DNA from: Podarcis gaigeae
Lineage: Eukaryota
Assembly (NCBI GenBank): GCA_964106915.2
Contig: OZ066928.1
Direction: 5' to 3' (one strand)
Length of the DNA stretch: 63,396 nucleotides
The notes beneath the pieces were generated by a model that ran no database searches, was not told the DNA's origin, and saw nothing but the letters and a program-made list of their open reading frames with translations. Shown in pieces: positions 1 through 12,241 of this stretch; position 1 is the stretch's first letter, and each line of letters starts with the position of its first letter. The translations under genes and the position numbers were made by a program.

Positions 1-1049
1 TTTCTATTTTACATGACAGTCTTAAGGGTGGTGATGTATTGCTGCTGCCCGACCCCCCTCACACTAACTGATGTGATGTTAGTTTTTAGGTAGTAAGTGA
101 GAAAATGTTATTCTAAATGCTTTCCAAAAACCCTTATTTTTGTTGCTAGTTGCACATTCATAATTATCATTTTATCAAAGGAGAGCAAATTTCAAGGAAG
201 TGGGGGTGGGGGAGGTTATTCTTGGCAAGAGGCCTAAGGTGAAAACCTGCTGCGTTTAATGTGTAAATTATAATGTGTGCAGTTATGAAGAGTAATTTTT
301 GTGAAATGTTCACATAACCGTGAGATTCCTGAGGAAGCTGTCAGAGAGTCTGCAGTCTTCAAGGGCTAAGATTAATTGAAAAGCAGCTTGTAATACATCG
401 CATATCTGAAGGCAAAATGAATAGTTTAACTTAAATAACAGCCACTAATCGTACAGAGGGAAAGGATTAGAATACAAAACAAATGGACCTTCTCTCAGAG
501 GTTGACAAAAAGAGGATTCTTCAGCTCTTTACTGTGGAGGACCCCGAAATTGATTGATTTCCCTGTAAGTGAATGTAAATGAGACATAAGGCAAAAACTG
601 TTACTCATTCTGACCCTTCCCTTGGTTTTCAAACTGAACTTGTCTGGGTGACCTTTTCAGATCTCAGGGACAAATGGTATATACTTAATATTTAAACAAG
701 ACATTTGAAGGAAAACATTTGTAGAAAGGTGGGTGGGAGGGATCTGTCCTGTAAATGTTTACTAATTCTCCTTTTACAATATAGACACACACTATATCAG
801 TGTTAAGGAGCCTGGGACCTCCCAGATGTTGCTGGATTCCAACTCCTATCAGCCCCAGCCCAGTAATCCTTGCAGGGTACAGGCTCCTCATCCCTAGAAT
901 ACATATGTGATTTGCTTCTCTGCTGTCCCAAACCATCCCAGTCCCACAAACTGATTAATGTTCTGGTTTGAGCTCAGTTTTACTAACTGCATACATTTCA
1001 AAAACATCTATTTGGCAAGGACAGTGGTTATATTCTGATCCCTGCCCAT

Positions 1050-1289
1050 NNNNNNNNNNNNNNNNNNNNNNNNNNNNNNNNNNNNNNNNNNNNNNNNNNN
1101 NNNNNNNNNNNNNNNNNNNNNNNNNNNNNNNNNNNNNNNNNNNNNNNNNNNNNNNNNNNNNNNNNNNNNNNNNNNNNNNNNNNNNNNNNNNNNNNNNNNN
1201 NNNNNNNNNNNNNNNNNNNNNNNNNNNNNNNNNNNNNNNNNNNNNNNNNNNNNNNNNNNNNNNNNNNNNNNNNNNNNNNNNNNNNNNNN
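1050..1289. other. Assembly gap (N run)
   Basis: Run of n characters. Confidence 0.99.
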
Positions 1290-1299
1290 GATTGGGTGT

Positions 1300-1912
1300 G
1301 TGTGTTTTGGATGATATATTAGGGTCTGTGATTTTGTATCTCCAAGATTGTTGTTTGTAGTAAAAGGGACAGCTAAAGTGGTCAAGCCCATCTCTCTGTT
1401 AAGTTAATGGCCCTAGTGGGGCCAGTAAGCATTCCATTTACATGTCTAAAGAGTTCCTCAAGAATAGATGTTTGCCATAGACACAACTGGTATAATGCTT
1501 TTTCAGGAGGCAGGGGGTAAGCGTCCTCCTCTCTTACCTGGCTGGATGCCATGCCATAGCATCCCAGGGGGTAGGAGAGTAATAGGCTGTGGAGCTAGTC
1601 TTTATTTTAGTCTTGTGTGAAGCTGGGAGTTGTAAAAGACAGAGAGGCTTAATTTTGCTCTCTGGGCGGAATCCAAAGCAATAGCTTTGGGGACTCCCCT
1701 AGAAATCTAATTGGGAAGCAAGATCTGTTGGGATGTTAATGCTATGAGCCCTTCCATCTTACGTTCAGGTTGTATATATACTGTATGTGTAAATGAAACC
1801 ATATACCCTGAAGACACCATAGTCTTCAGTGACCTTCATTCCATGGAAACCAAATGCTGGGTAAGCACTGGCTGAAGTCTCTCACTAATTAGAGAGTGGG
1901 GTGTGCACAACA
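1300..1912 (+). mobile_element. Probable solo LTR remnant
   Basis: About 600 bp ending in ...gtgcacaaCA, with a degenerate polyA/U5-like segment (gtaaatgaaaccatata...). The 5' end abuts the gap, so TG start and TSD cannot be confirmed. Confidence 0.4.
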
Positions 1913-2403
1913 ATATGCATGTGGGTATCTTTTTGCTAGAGTTTCTTGGCTGTTTGCAACTCTAGGTGGCTATGATAAGCTTTTGAAGCAACCAAACATA
2001 TTTTTAATCCAAGGATGTACATGCAAATAATTATGTAAGGGAGGAGTTACTGATGATTGCTCAGGTTTCGCTTGCCTTATTCAACTTTAGCTGGTGGTCA
2101 ACTATATTTATTGCCTGTGGCCGTAATACTATTGTGTTCATGTATTTCCGATGTCCGTGTTTTCTGTCCACTGAAGAGCTGTAGCCACAAACAATCTCAT
2201 GGAGCAGAGATTTACTAGCGTGGATTTAAATGGTCTACTGCTGCAGCTCCTATATAACACCCTTGAAAGTTTCAGAGGTATCTTTCCTGTGATTCACACA
2301 GTCATGAATCAAAAGTATTCTGTTTTGTTTCCATTTCTCCCACCCAATCTGCTGTTGACCCAGAAACCTTCTCTGCTAGATTCATTGACAGTTGGCACTA
2401 GAG

Positions 2404-2526
2404 TAAGGTGACCAGATTTTTTTCAGTGAATCCGGGGACACTTATCAACTTCAATGGATTTTGTATGGGAAATGATTTGTAAATCCGGGGACTGCCCCTG
2501 GGAAACGGGGACATCTAGTAACCTTA
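2404..2526. mobile_element. Non-autonomous hAT MITE (Blackjack-like TIR)
   Basis: TIRs taaggtgaccaga / tctagtaacctta; perfect 8-bp TSD cactagag at 2396-2403 and 2527-2534. Confidence 0.9.
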
Positions 2527-5500
2527 CACTAGAGTCCTGGCTGCCATTTTTCCTTACAGTAATGCATGTGAGTAATTCACATTCTCGTAAGGAAACTAAG
2601 GTGTCTAATTTACAAAGGTAAAATTACTTCCTTGCTCCACCCACCATGGGGAGGTGGACCTCAGAAGGTTGCCAGAAGGAATGTGGTTCCCAGCCTCTGA
2701 GATAGGCCTTTAATAGAAACCAGCAGGGCTCTCCTTATGTTAACTAAGGCGGTGTCAGCTGATATGAATGCCAGCTACGCAATCATGGCAACAGTAAGAA
2801 AGAAGTGAAGGTAAAGGAGAGGGTTGGCCCATCCCACTGTTTAAGTGATTAGTGTTTCCATTAATGGAGAACAACAGTGCCTTTTCACACGAGAGTCGCT
2901 CACACTCCTAGTTAGTCCATTCATTCTCTCAGACCTCTCATGAAAATAGTTTTCCTAAGTTACGTTCCAGCTTTGAGAATTTGCTGAAATTATTATTTAT
3001 CGAGATGATTTATGAGCTTCCTAGGCCTCCTAACTTTTCTGTGGAAGTCTTTTTCTTTCTTTGTTTTCAAACAGCTCCTGGCATGCATATGTCAAAAGCA
3101 GCAGTTGCCCCCTTGGAAAAGGTCATATTTTCTGCTTGGAAATAGGCATTCAGTGTTGGATAATGACACTGCTGGATGAGCCGGTCTTTGGCGTAAAGAT
3201 ACTTCCTTTTAATTTCTGCGCTCAGGAACAGAAGTGCGTCGCTTGTGTTTGGCTTAGATGAAAGTGGATAGAACTAATTTTAGATTTCCAACCCCCCTCT
3301 TTGTTAGTTTTAACAACCTTTATTCTAATGGCTGGCCTGCTGAGCAGAGAATCAAAGCCCCTTCAAGGGGCAGGAAATCAATAACCAACAAGGAAAGTCT
3401 AAAGAAAATGAATGCATCCAGTGTGAGCAACTGACAGAGGAATTACTTTTTTTTTTGGTATAAGAAGGGCAATAATAGAATGCACATACAAATATAATAG
3501 AAACATAAAAAAAACACCAGGAAGGGGGGTTCGGAGAGACTGAGGCTCAAATATACCTAACTCCTATTTATACTTCAAAGCTCCTGGCACTTTTGTTTTT
3601 ACATTTTAAATGGGATTTGAAGATGGGTTTCAGCCGAAATATTTGTGCCTGTAAAGTGCTTCTAAACTAGCTGGCTGTATTAGAAACATGTATTTAATGT
3701 TTCAAAGGGGGAGGAAAATCCTCCTCTCTCAACTTCATGGATTAGGGTTGCCACTTTCACTATGTTATTGTTATTGTGATTGTTATTATTATTATTACCA
3801 CCACTACTACCTCCTAAATTTATAATCATTTAGCCAGGCTTTTGCAGGTGTGTACTTCCAGTTTTAGTTCTTATCCCGCCCCCCGTGCCTGTTGCTGCTA
3901 CATTTTCTTCCGTATACTGTTAGGCTGGTCTTGTATTATGTGTACTGCTTCGAGACTTTGGAGAAGAGGTGGTGTGGAAAGGATTCAAATAATATTAATT
4001 TTATAAAGTATGTAACATTTCTTAAGTATAGCACATGGTTTCAGATTGTAAACTGGGAGGCCTATCCCTGATGAAAAAGCCCAACTCCAATGGGCAAAGA
4101 AATTAGCCCATTGCATTCATTCATAAAATGAATTTGAATTTGAATTTCTAGCTTGAATTTGAATTTGAATTTCCAGCTTGGATAGAAACAATTTAGGAAA
4201 GGGAGGAGCCAAAAAGCTTGGATGTGTGAGGTCATAAGAAAGAACCAATGGGCACATCTAGTCTTGCATCCTATTTTGAAAGTGGCCAGCAGATGCATAT
4301 GGAAAGCCCACAAGCAGGTTTGGGTTTAAATCCTGTTGTTCTCCTGCCAGAGGGAGAGAGAAAGAGTTTGTTTTGGGGAATGGACAAACACACACTCACA
4401 CACCTACCTTCGAGCCAGAGTGATTTAGAGGCTAGAGGAGCAGGGAGAGCTTGTTTGAAATCTCCACTCAGCCCATGAAGCTCGCTGGAAGATCTTTGGC
4501 CATATTCCATTATGTTGAGCGAGACCTAAACTGCAGCCTAATTTAGTGGGCTACTTCTCTGGTGCAAAATCAGAGGTTTTTGAAATAGTCCATTTGTTGG
4601 CAGAACCTATTCCCTGGTGTCCCTGATGTAAATGCTGAAGGTGCCCATATCCCAAAGGTCTGGAGCAGACATAACCAAAATAGTGGCCTCCAGATGTTGT
4701 TTCATTGCAAGTCACAGTACCAGCCAGCATGACCATTGTTCAGGGGTGATCCGAATAAGAGTTCAACATGTGGATGCCTCAACATTGCCTTCTTCTGGTC
4801 TATGGGGCCTACATTTCACCCCTTCTGAGCTTGCTGAGATGCCTCTTGAGAGGGGCATAATACTTTCTGTCCCACTTCAAAGACTAGATGGAAGTAAAGC
4901 ATCAAGCTATGCATTGGCACACCCATTTTTGCCCAACTTCAGTCAGAGGCAATTAGGAGGAGAGCCATGTGTTTCCAAGACATTTAATAGCGCATTCCTA
5001 TAGTGCTTTCAAACATATTTTAAAATGCCTTTCCCTCATAAATAATTTACTTAAGTTTTTTGAAAGGTTAGCACTTGCTATAAAAGACGCATCTGGCTGT
5101 AAGGGTGGTTTTATGGTTAGACATTAGATAAGGAAAAGTATGTTTGAATATTGGACATTGGGGTATTTCTCCACATTATGGCTATGTCTTTTTTTCTTTT
5201 TTCTTTTTAAAAGTTCTGTTGAATCTACCGGGGCAGAAAAATAGAGCTATGACTCAGAGGCATGATAAGCCAACAAATGGTTCCGTTAACTTTTTTTATA
5301 GCAGCTTTGAATTCTCAGCAAAACTAAAAAGGTTTAACATATCAAAAGGGAGAAGACCTGTGTATAAGGTACATCAAATGAATTCTGTACTTACAGGAGT
5401 AGTACGACGCTCGTTATCTGATTGGCTTGGGGATATTTAATATTTAAAATATTGAGAGTGCAATTCTATGCATGCCATACATTCAGTGGGTCTCACTCCA

Positions 5501-7079
5501 AAGTAAGTGTGTTTAGGACTGCAATCTAAGCTTTGTTTCAAAAGAAGGAGATCCTGGAAAACAAATTGTCTTAACAATTTTGTATGATGTCGCATCAGGA
5601 GCTCTCTGGGGCGTTGTAGTCAATTTTAAATAGCTTCACCAAACTTCTTCAATGCTCATTGGAGCATCGGAAAAGGGGAGCCCAGGCCAGACAGCAGCAG
5701 AAACAGCCTCAGTTGATGCAGCTCTGATCACTGAGGAGCATCATATATTCCACAGCAGGGCCACAAATATCAAGTTGCAGTGGTTGGTGCCCTTTGGGGC
5801 TGGTAAGGTGAAAGGCAGAGAGTCCAACAGAAGGTGGACGAAGAGCCAACGACAGGAGGGACCACTATGTCCGGTTTCAGCCATTTCTTCCTCCCTGCTG
5901 AGTTCTACAAGGGGAAGCACTGAGACTAAAGAGAAGGAAGATGACTGTCAGTGGCTTTACCTGGCCTGCCTGTAAGTAAGAAGGTGGGCAGGAAGTGGCA
6001 GACTATAACCAGACTGAGGTGGTTTGGCCAGTGCCAGTTGCTAATGGCGCTTTAAAAACTGGGCTTGGAAGCTAGTTTTTGTGCAGGGCTGGCAAGTTAA
6101 TCTCTTTCCACAGCTCATGCTGCTTGTAGGATTTCACTGCTGACTCCTTCTCCTCCTTCGGTCCATCCTCTGTCCTTTTCCCAGCTCACTTTGGTTACTC
6201 AGCTCCGCTGCATTCGCAGGCTGAGCCCTGACCACCACATCTATGTTTTTCTCTCATACTCCATCTTAGTCTAGTGGATCCTGTTGACATGGATGAGGAC
6301 CAAGGGGCTGATGGTATTTGAGGTGGCTGAGGCTATATAGGAAAGTAGTCATATTTGTTTGTTTGTTTGTTTGCTTGCTTGCTTAGGGTATGGGGAGTGA
6401 ATTATTTATATGAATCTGTGAAGAAATGGAAATAATATGCCTGGCAAAAGGTTTAAATTAAATGAAGAACAAGCAGGACTGCAGCTGAAGTATTCATTAT
6501 TGTTACTGAGTATTGTGTTTATAGTTATTTATTTGTAATATTTATTCTAGCGAAGTAACAGTGCAATGCATTTAATAATTTCATATTAGGTGCCCTTTTG
6601 AGAATTAATCTTTTAATGCTGTTTCTTCAGATGGTTGTGACAATGTAAACTGTGCATGGTTTGTATGAATTATTAAAAATTAATGAAGGAAAAATTAAAA
6701 ATAAAGAAAAAAGATTAATATAGCACTTAATAATAAAAAACCCTTTAAGCGGTTTACATAAAATTATATAAAATATTCATACAGATATAATCAACAGACC
6801 TAAAAAAAAGAGTAGATTTAAGAAAACTAACACAATATAGATAAAACAAACCATTTAAAAAACTAGTGTACATAATAAAATTACAGGTCTAAGTTGGTTT
6901 TCCTAAACCAGAAAGATTTTTAGCTGGAATCAGAAGCACTACAACCAAGGGAACTGGCTCTTATTAATAGGCTGGGAGTGTCAGAGAATAGATAATGCCA
7001 CACAATCAGTTGAGAATAAATCAGAACCTGATAGTGATAATAGGATCCTAACTCTTACTGACATCCTCAAGCCTCCACC

Positions 7080-7499
7080 CAGGGCCGGCTCAACATGAGG
7101 CGAATTGATGTAACTGCCTCAGGTGGAATCATCCGCTAGAGGCAGCTGCAACAGCTCCCTGACTATTTCTTCTGAGCTCACTGGCACAAGACAGAGCTCA
7201 GTGTGCCATGGGGCCTGCCCTATATGCTGATAACAGACCTGTTGCCCTCAAGTGTGGTTGGCATAAGGTTACCAGATTTTTTTTCAATGAATCTGGGGAC
7301 ACTTTTCAACTTCAGCAGGAATGATAGGTTTTAGTCAGGGGACTGATTTGTAAATCCGGGGACTGTCCCCGGGAAACGGGGGCGTCTGGTAACCTTAGGT
7401 TGGCAACACTATCACGTTACCTGAAATCCAATTAAACTGCACGTCAGGTCAGATACTTTGCCTTTTGCTTCAAGCAGCAAGGCTCTTAGGAGGGTCCTG
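7080..7499. mobile_element. Older hAT-like element (CAGGGCCGGC terminus) hosting a nested MITE
   Basis: Left end cagggccggc, degenerate right end agggtcctg, shared flank ctccacc on both sides. Confidence 0.5.
7264..7397. mobile_element. Non-autonomous hAT MITE, same family as 2404-2526
   Basis: Perfect 13-bp TIR taaggttaccaga / tctggtaacctta; 8-bp TSD ggttggca at 7256-7263 and 7398-7405; shared internal ggggac motifs. Confidence 0.92.
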
Positions 7500-8147
7500 C
7501 TCCACCTTTCCCTATGACCTGCCTCTTAGAAAATCTTGCTAGCTCTGACGTTTTGCCAAAGTGTTTATACCATAGTTCCTAAGTACTCATTGTGGATGCC
7601 CTTCTCATTTCTTAGGAGGAGAGGAGGTGTCTTTATAAAGGAAATGGGAATTGAGAGCACTGTGGGGTTGTCATCTGTAGAGATCAGGGGAACCTCAGGA
7701 CTGGGGGTGACTTTCTAGGCATTGTCTGGCCCTTGGAATACACCTTGATGGTCTCCTTTCACCCCTACACACACATGTGCACACACGTTTTCACCTGGCT
7801 GGAATGTGTCCCTGTGTTCTGATAATGCTTCTTGCTTGTCTAGATGGAGGAGATAGGTATGTGCTGGTAGAAGCTAGCCTACTGGACAAAGGTAAAAATT
7901 ATATTTGCTGTTCCGCCCACTTTTTCCTTTGGCTGCCCTTGCCATCAGCGCGAGAACCTCAAAAGGACTCATTCCAGACAAGCAAAAGCACTTGAGAAAA
8001 GCGTGGATCAGGGCCAGTGAGAGGCGTGGCTTGCAGAGAGGGCATGATCTAGGGAGAGACCCGAGGAAAGGCTTGGCACTGAATTTCTCTACTCCTGAGC
8101 TACATCAGCTGCCTTTAGGCCTGTGGATCCTAGGCAGTTTGCCATTA

Positions 8148-8349
8148 CAGTGGATCCTTGGTTCCAGAATGGCTTGGTTGGCAAACAAATTTTGCAAATG
8201 TTTTTCAGAAGCTGAACGTCCGACACGGCTTCTGCTTGAGTGCAGGAATCTCTTGCTACCAATCGGAAGCTGGGCCTTGGTTTTCAAACAGTTTTGGGAG
8301 TCGAACGGACTCCTGGAATGGGTTAAGTTCGAGAACCAAGGTACCACAG
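8148..8349. mobile_element. Tc1/mariner-pogo-type MITE (CAGTGGTACC family, older copy)
   Basis: TA on both sides (8146-8147, 8350-8351); imperfect TIRs cagtggatccttggttc / gaaccaaggtaccacag. Confidence 0.75.
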
Positions 8350-8394
8350 TATATGTGCATACAGACAAGCCAGGCTTGTGGTTGAAGAGTCTGT

Positions 8395-8726
8395 TGCCCC
8401 AACTGCACTATACATTTAAAGCGCTGTGATACTACTTTAAACAGTCATGGTTCTCCCCCCCCCCAAAAAAAAAGAATCCTGGGAACTGTAGTTTGTTAAG
8501 GGTGCTGAGAGTTTATAGGAGTTCCCTGCTCCCTTCACAGAGCTGCAATTCACTATCAGTTTTCCCATTGAGCTCTGGGAATTGTACCCAACTGAGGAAA
8601 ATGGCAGGAGTCTCCTAACAATTCACAACACCTTTAGCTAACTACAGTGCCCAGGATTCTTTGAGGGAAGCCATGTCAATTTAAAACTGTATGATACTCC
8701 TTTAAATGCACAGTGCAGATTGGGCC
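8395..8726. mobile_element. Palindromic MITE (possibly PIF/Harbinger-like); related remnants near 9725-9910, 19580-19820, 48595-48760 and 50745-50900
   Basis: Long imperfect inverted arms: ctgcactatacatttaaa / tttaaatgcacagtgcag and agaatcctgggaactgtagt / actacagtgcccaggattct. Confidence 0.65.
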
Positions 8727-10089
8727 TGTATTTGTGTGTACGCACACCTGCTTCCTGCCACCCAAAGAAGATTGCAAGATTGATGATTGTGCGAACTGGC
8801 TCCAAAGCTGTGGGTGAAGCCTCAGTGGTATGCAGCTAAGCACCATGTCATTATACCATTGGTCATCCCTCAACAGTAATTCACTTTAGTTTGTTAAAGT
8901 CAAGAGGAGACAGCGGCCTGGCGTTCCCACAAGATGTGGTAAGGAGAGAGTCCGAGCATTAGCGTGAAGACCTATTTTATGAGGGTTGCTATGGTGACCA
9001 GGTTCTAGTTATCTGCTTAAACAACTTCATGTATGATTAATGTTAATTACCCATTTTGCATGGTTGACTCCCCACCCCCACCCCGCTGCTGAATTGGCCT
9101 GCTGTTGCCTTTGATCTGGTTAGTAATACAATGTGGTTCAATAGTTAGACAAGTGATCAGTTTGCCAATGCTGAGAGGAGACAGAATCGGGTTGCAGAGA
9201 GGTCATAGTTTCTTTATCTTCCTAAACACTCAGAAGGTCACGTAGAGTTTAACTGCATTTGGTAGGGTGGAAATGTGCGCAGTAAGGCCCAAGTGAAGAG
9301 AATAATGTTCTGAGGTCAAAATGCAGATAAAGAACTTGTAGAATGAGGAGTAATGTGTGTGTGCATGTACATGTGTACTCCTTTTGCAGGGATAAAGCTC
9401 CAAAGAATATTTCAAATGCTCATTGCGTCACATCCTCTTCCTTGCATTCCATTTGGATATACTTATGAACCAAACCTATTGAAACTGGCCTCCAATGGTC
9501 GCTAAATTTGAATTGTAGGTCTCTTTGAGCCCCAGCTCCCAGATTGAGCTATCATCATTCATGTGAACAGGAATTTCTGGATTTTCAAATTTGAGAATCA
9601 ATGAAAAGTAATTTATGGGAGTAAATACTTTCCTGCTTGGGTCAAAGAAATCAAGTCAATGGAAAAGTATTTGAATACACTGCACTTAATTAATTTATGG
9701 ACTTTGCTGCTGTAAGTTGATAGGTCACATCCACAATATTCATTTAAATCATATTTACACCAGTTTAGCAATCATGGCTTGCCTCAAGGAATCATGGGAA
9801 CTGTGGTTTCACCCTCACAGAGCTGGAGATCCTAGCATCCTTAACAAATTACAGTTCCTAGGGGAGTCATATGGCCATGTCGCTTAAATATGATTTAAAT
9901 GTGCAGTGTGAGTAATTCATGAACAGGGCTTCTTCCTGAGATGTATTTCCCTCCCCAGATGTAATATGGAGATGATCATTGTGGATTTTCTTATAGAGTT
10001 TACGGACAATCTCTCTGCTAATTATGAGAAACATTTTGAATATTTTGGGGGTGGGATGGGGAAGTGCTTTATAAGCAATTGTTGTAAAG

Positions 10090-10212
10090 CAGGCATAGGC
10101 AAACTCGGCCCTCCAGATCTTTTGGGACTACAATTCCCATCATCTGTGACCACTGGGGATGATGGGAGTTGTAGTCCCAAAACATCTTGAGGGCCGAGTT
10201 TGCCTATGCCTG
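10090..10212. mobile_element. Hairpin hAT (Charlie-like) MITE
   Basis: Near-perfect inverted arms of about 55 bp (caggcataggcaaactcggccctc... / ...gagggccgagtttgcctatgcctg); 8-bp TSD ttgtaaag at 10082-10089 and 10213-10220. Confidence 0.93.
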
Positions 10213-10435
10213 TTGTAAAGCAGCACACGCCTGCCTCTTAAGAAATTACCTTGATACCCTGCAAATGCCTGAGAGGAAGAGAAGGATCCTACGGCTCAAT
10301 CAATACCCTGGTTGAGATGAATGAATTTTATATAGCTAATGGAAACACCACCTGAAGCTGTCTTAGAGATTTTTGCTTAAGTGTGTTGTGGACTTGACGG
10401 TGTCTGATGTGCGAGAATTTGCCAAACCAAACAAT

Positions 10436-10624
10436 CATAGGAAACTGCCTTATGTTGTATCAGACCACTGGTTACTCTATCTCACTATTGTCTACACTGA
10501 CTGATAGCAGCTTTCCTGGGTTTCAGGCCTGGGTCTCTCCCAGCCCTACCTGGAGCTGCTGGGGATTGAAGATGGGACCTTCTACACGTAAAACAGAAGC
10601 TCAGCACTGGGCTATGACCCTTCC
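10436..10624 (-). mobile_element. tRNA-derived squamate SINE (probably Squam2-type); more copies near 30832-30998(-), 35759-35850(-), 39280-39462(-) and 53770-54145(-)
   Basis: The reverse strand has a tRNA-like head with A/B-box remnants and a ...ggcagtttcctatg tail. The same sequence recurs across the window. Confidence 0.7.
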
Positions 10625-11879
10625 TCTTATAAAAGGTTCCTGCGATCAACAAGTAATTTACTAATCAGAGTCCCTAGGATAGAGGATAGGGTGGAAACCT
10701 GCCCAAATCAGTAGAGATTGCCAAATTGTCTGGCATTAATTCATAAGTAGCAAGTGTCAAAAATGAGATAGCTACCAGTATTTTTTATTTTTTTTAACTT
10801 AACGGAAAATATATTGGCTCCCTCATTTATCACCTTTTGTAGCAAACATACTTTGGAATGTGTCATATCTCATTGACATCCAGAGATTCAATGCTTTCCC
10901 TTCTCATCTAGATAACTGCCAAGCCCACAAAGTTTATAGGGAGGCTGCTGAGTTAATGTTGCTGGGTGATAATCCACTTCAGTTTCAGAAACATGAAGTA
11001 CTGCTGAGATATATTTCCAGTTGGTTTATTCTCAGCACTCAGGGGGATAGGATACTATTTCAGTTTCTCTAATGAAGGCCAGAAAATGAAAGGCAGAGCA
11101 TCAGGTTAAATTATGCCTAAATGAAGGGCTAGACCCCCAGAGGAAATCAAGCTTCTGCGGGACAGTATCCCTCCATTAATCCTACAAAATGCTACATCTA
11201 ATGTTAATTCTTTAAAGCTGAACTGTTGAAGGATCTGCAGATCCACCTAGTGCTTTAAACAGTGATCATTTCAGCATTAACATTTCATGCTCATAGGGAG
11301 TTTTTGCTACTCAAGCAGTTGCATTGGTGCAATTTAATAGTATGCATCATGCACAATGCAAGTGGTTGGCCTGGCAGGACGTGAGCCTTGATGTGTTTTG
11401 TATATACTATCACTTTGCTACCCCTTTTCTTTTGTGGTCCATTGGCAGTATGTTGCCATTGGGATGCAATCCTTTGCAGTATCTAATAATGACAACTTCA
11501 TTGCTGAAGCTCTCTCCTACTAAGGTAGGTATATGATGTTGCCTCAGCAAATGACTGAAGCTGTGTCCTGCTGAGGTAGAAAGATGTTGTTCCAGCAGGG
11601 AGCCGAAGCAACTGAAACATTGTGGGCTAACGTGACCTGTACTGTGACTGGCTCTACCGCCCTAAAGGAGCTAGTTGGGTTGTTAAAAGACAGTTAACCC
11701 AGTTAATTTCTGTTGCACCAAGAATGATTTGTGTGCTCCCTCTTCCTGTTGTATCTCTTGTACACCTTAATTTAATACGTCCTGATTTGCTAATCCACAG
11801 TTTCTCATGATGTCCAAATCAGCTGCAATCTCTATGAACCAGGATACCAAAATATAGTTTGATTCTAGCCTGGTTTGTA

Positions 11880-12241
11880 AGGTAAAGGTAAAGGTACCCC
11901 TGCCCGTACGGGCCAGTCTTGACAGACTCTGGGGTTGTGTGCCCATCTCACTCAAGAGGCCAGGGGCCAGCGCTGTCCGGAGACACTTCCGGGTCACGTG
12001 GCCAGCGTGACAAAGCTGCTCTGGCGAGCCAGAGCCGCACACGGAAACGCTGTTTACCTTCCCGCTGGTAAGCGGTCCCTATTTATCTACTTGCACCCGG
12101 AGGTGCTTTCGAACTGCTAGGTTGGCAGGCGCTGGGACCGAGCAGCGGGAGCGCACCCCACCGCAGGGATTCGAACCGCCGACCTTTCGATCGGCAAGTC
12201 CTAGGCGCTGAGGCTTTAACCCACAGCGCCACCTGCGTCCC
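11880..12241 (-). mobile_element. Full-length Sauria SINE, divergent subfamily
   Basis: gggacgc..ggtggcgctgtgggttaaa head, B-box ggttcgaatccc, (ACCTTT)n tail; TSD tagcctggtttgta at 11866-11879 and 12242-12255. Confidence 0.95.

Noticed and set aside
968-1391. ORFs spanning X runs (also 26405-26752)
   Set aside because: Artefacts of N gaps.
4066-4105. Plus-strand CTGATGA followed by a gccca/tgggc hairpin
   Set aside because: Spacing to GAAA is wrong and there is no stem I or UH site; not a credible hammerhead.
7905-8429. 174-aa ORF
   Set aside because: Runs through a MITE, has no recognisable domain and starts at a non-ATG codon.
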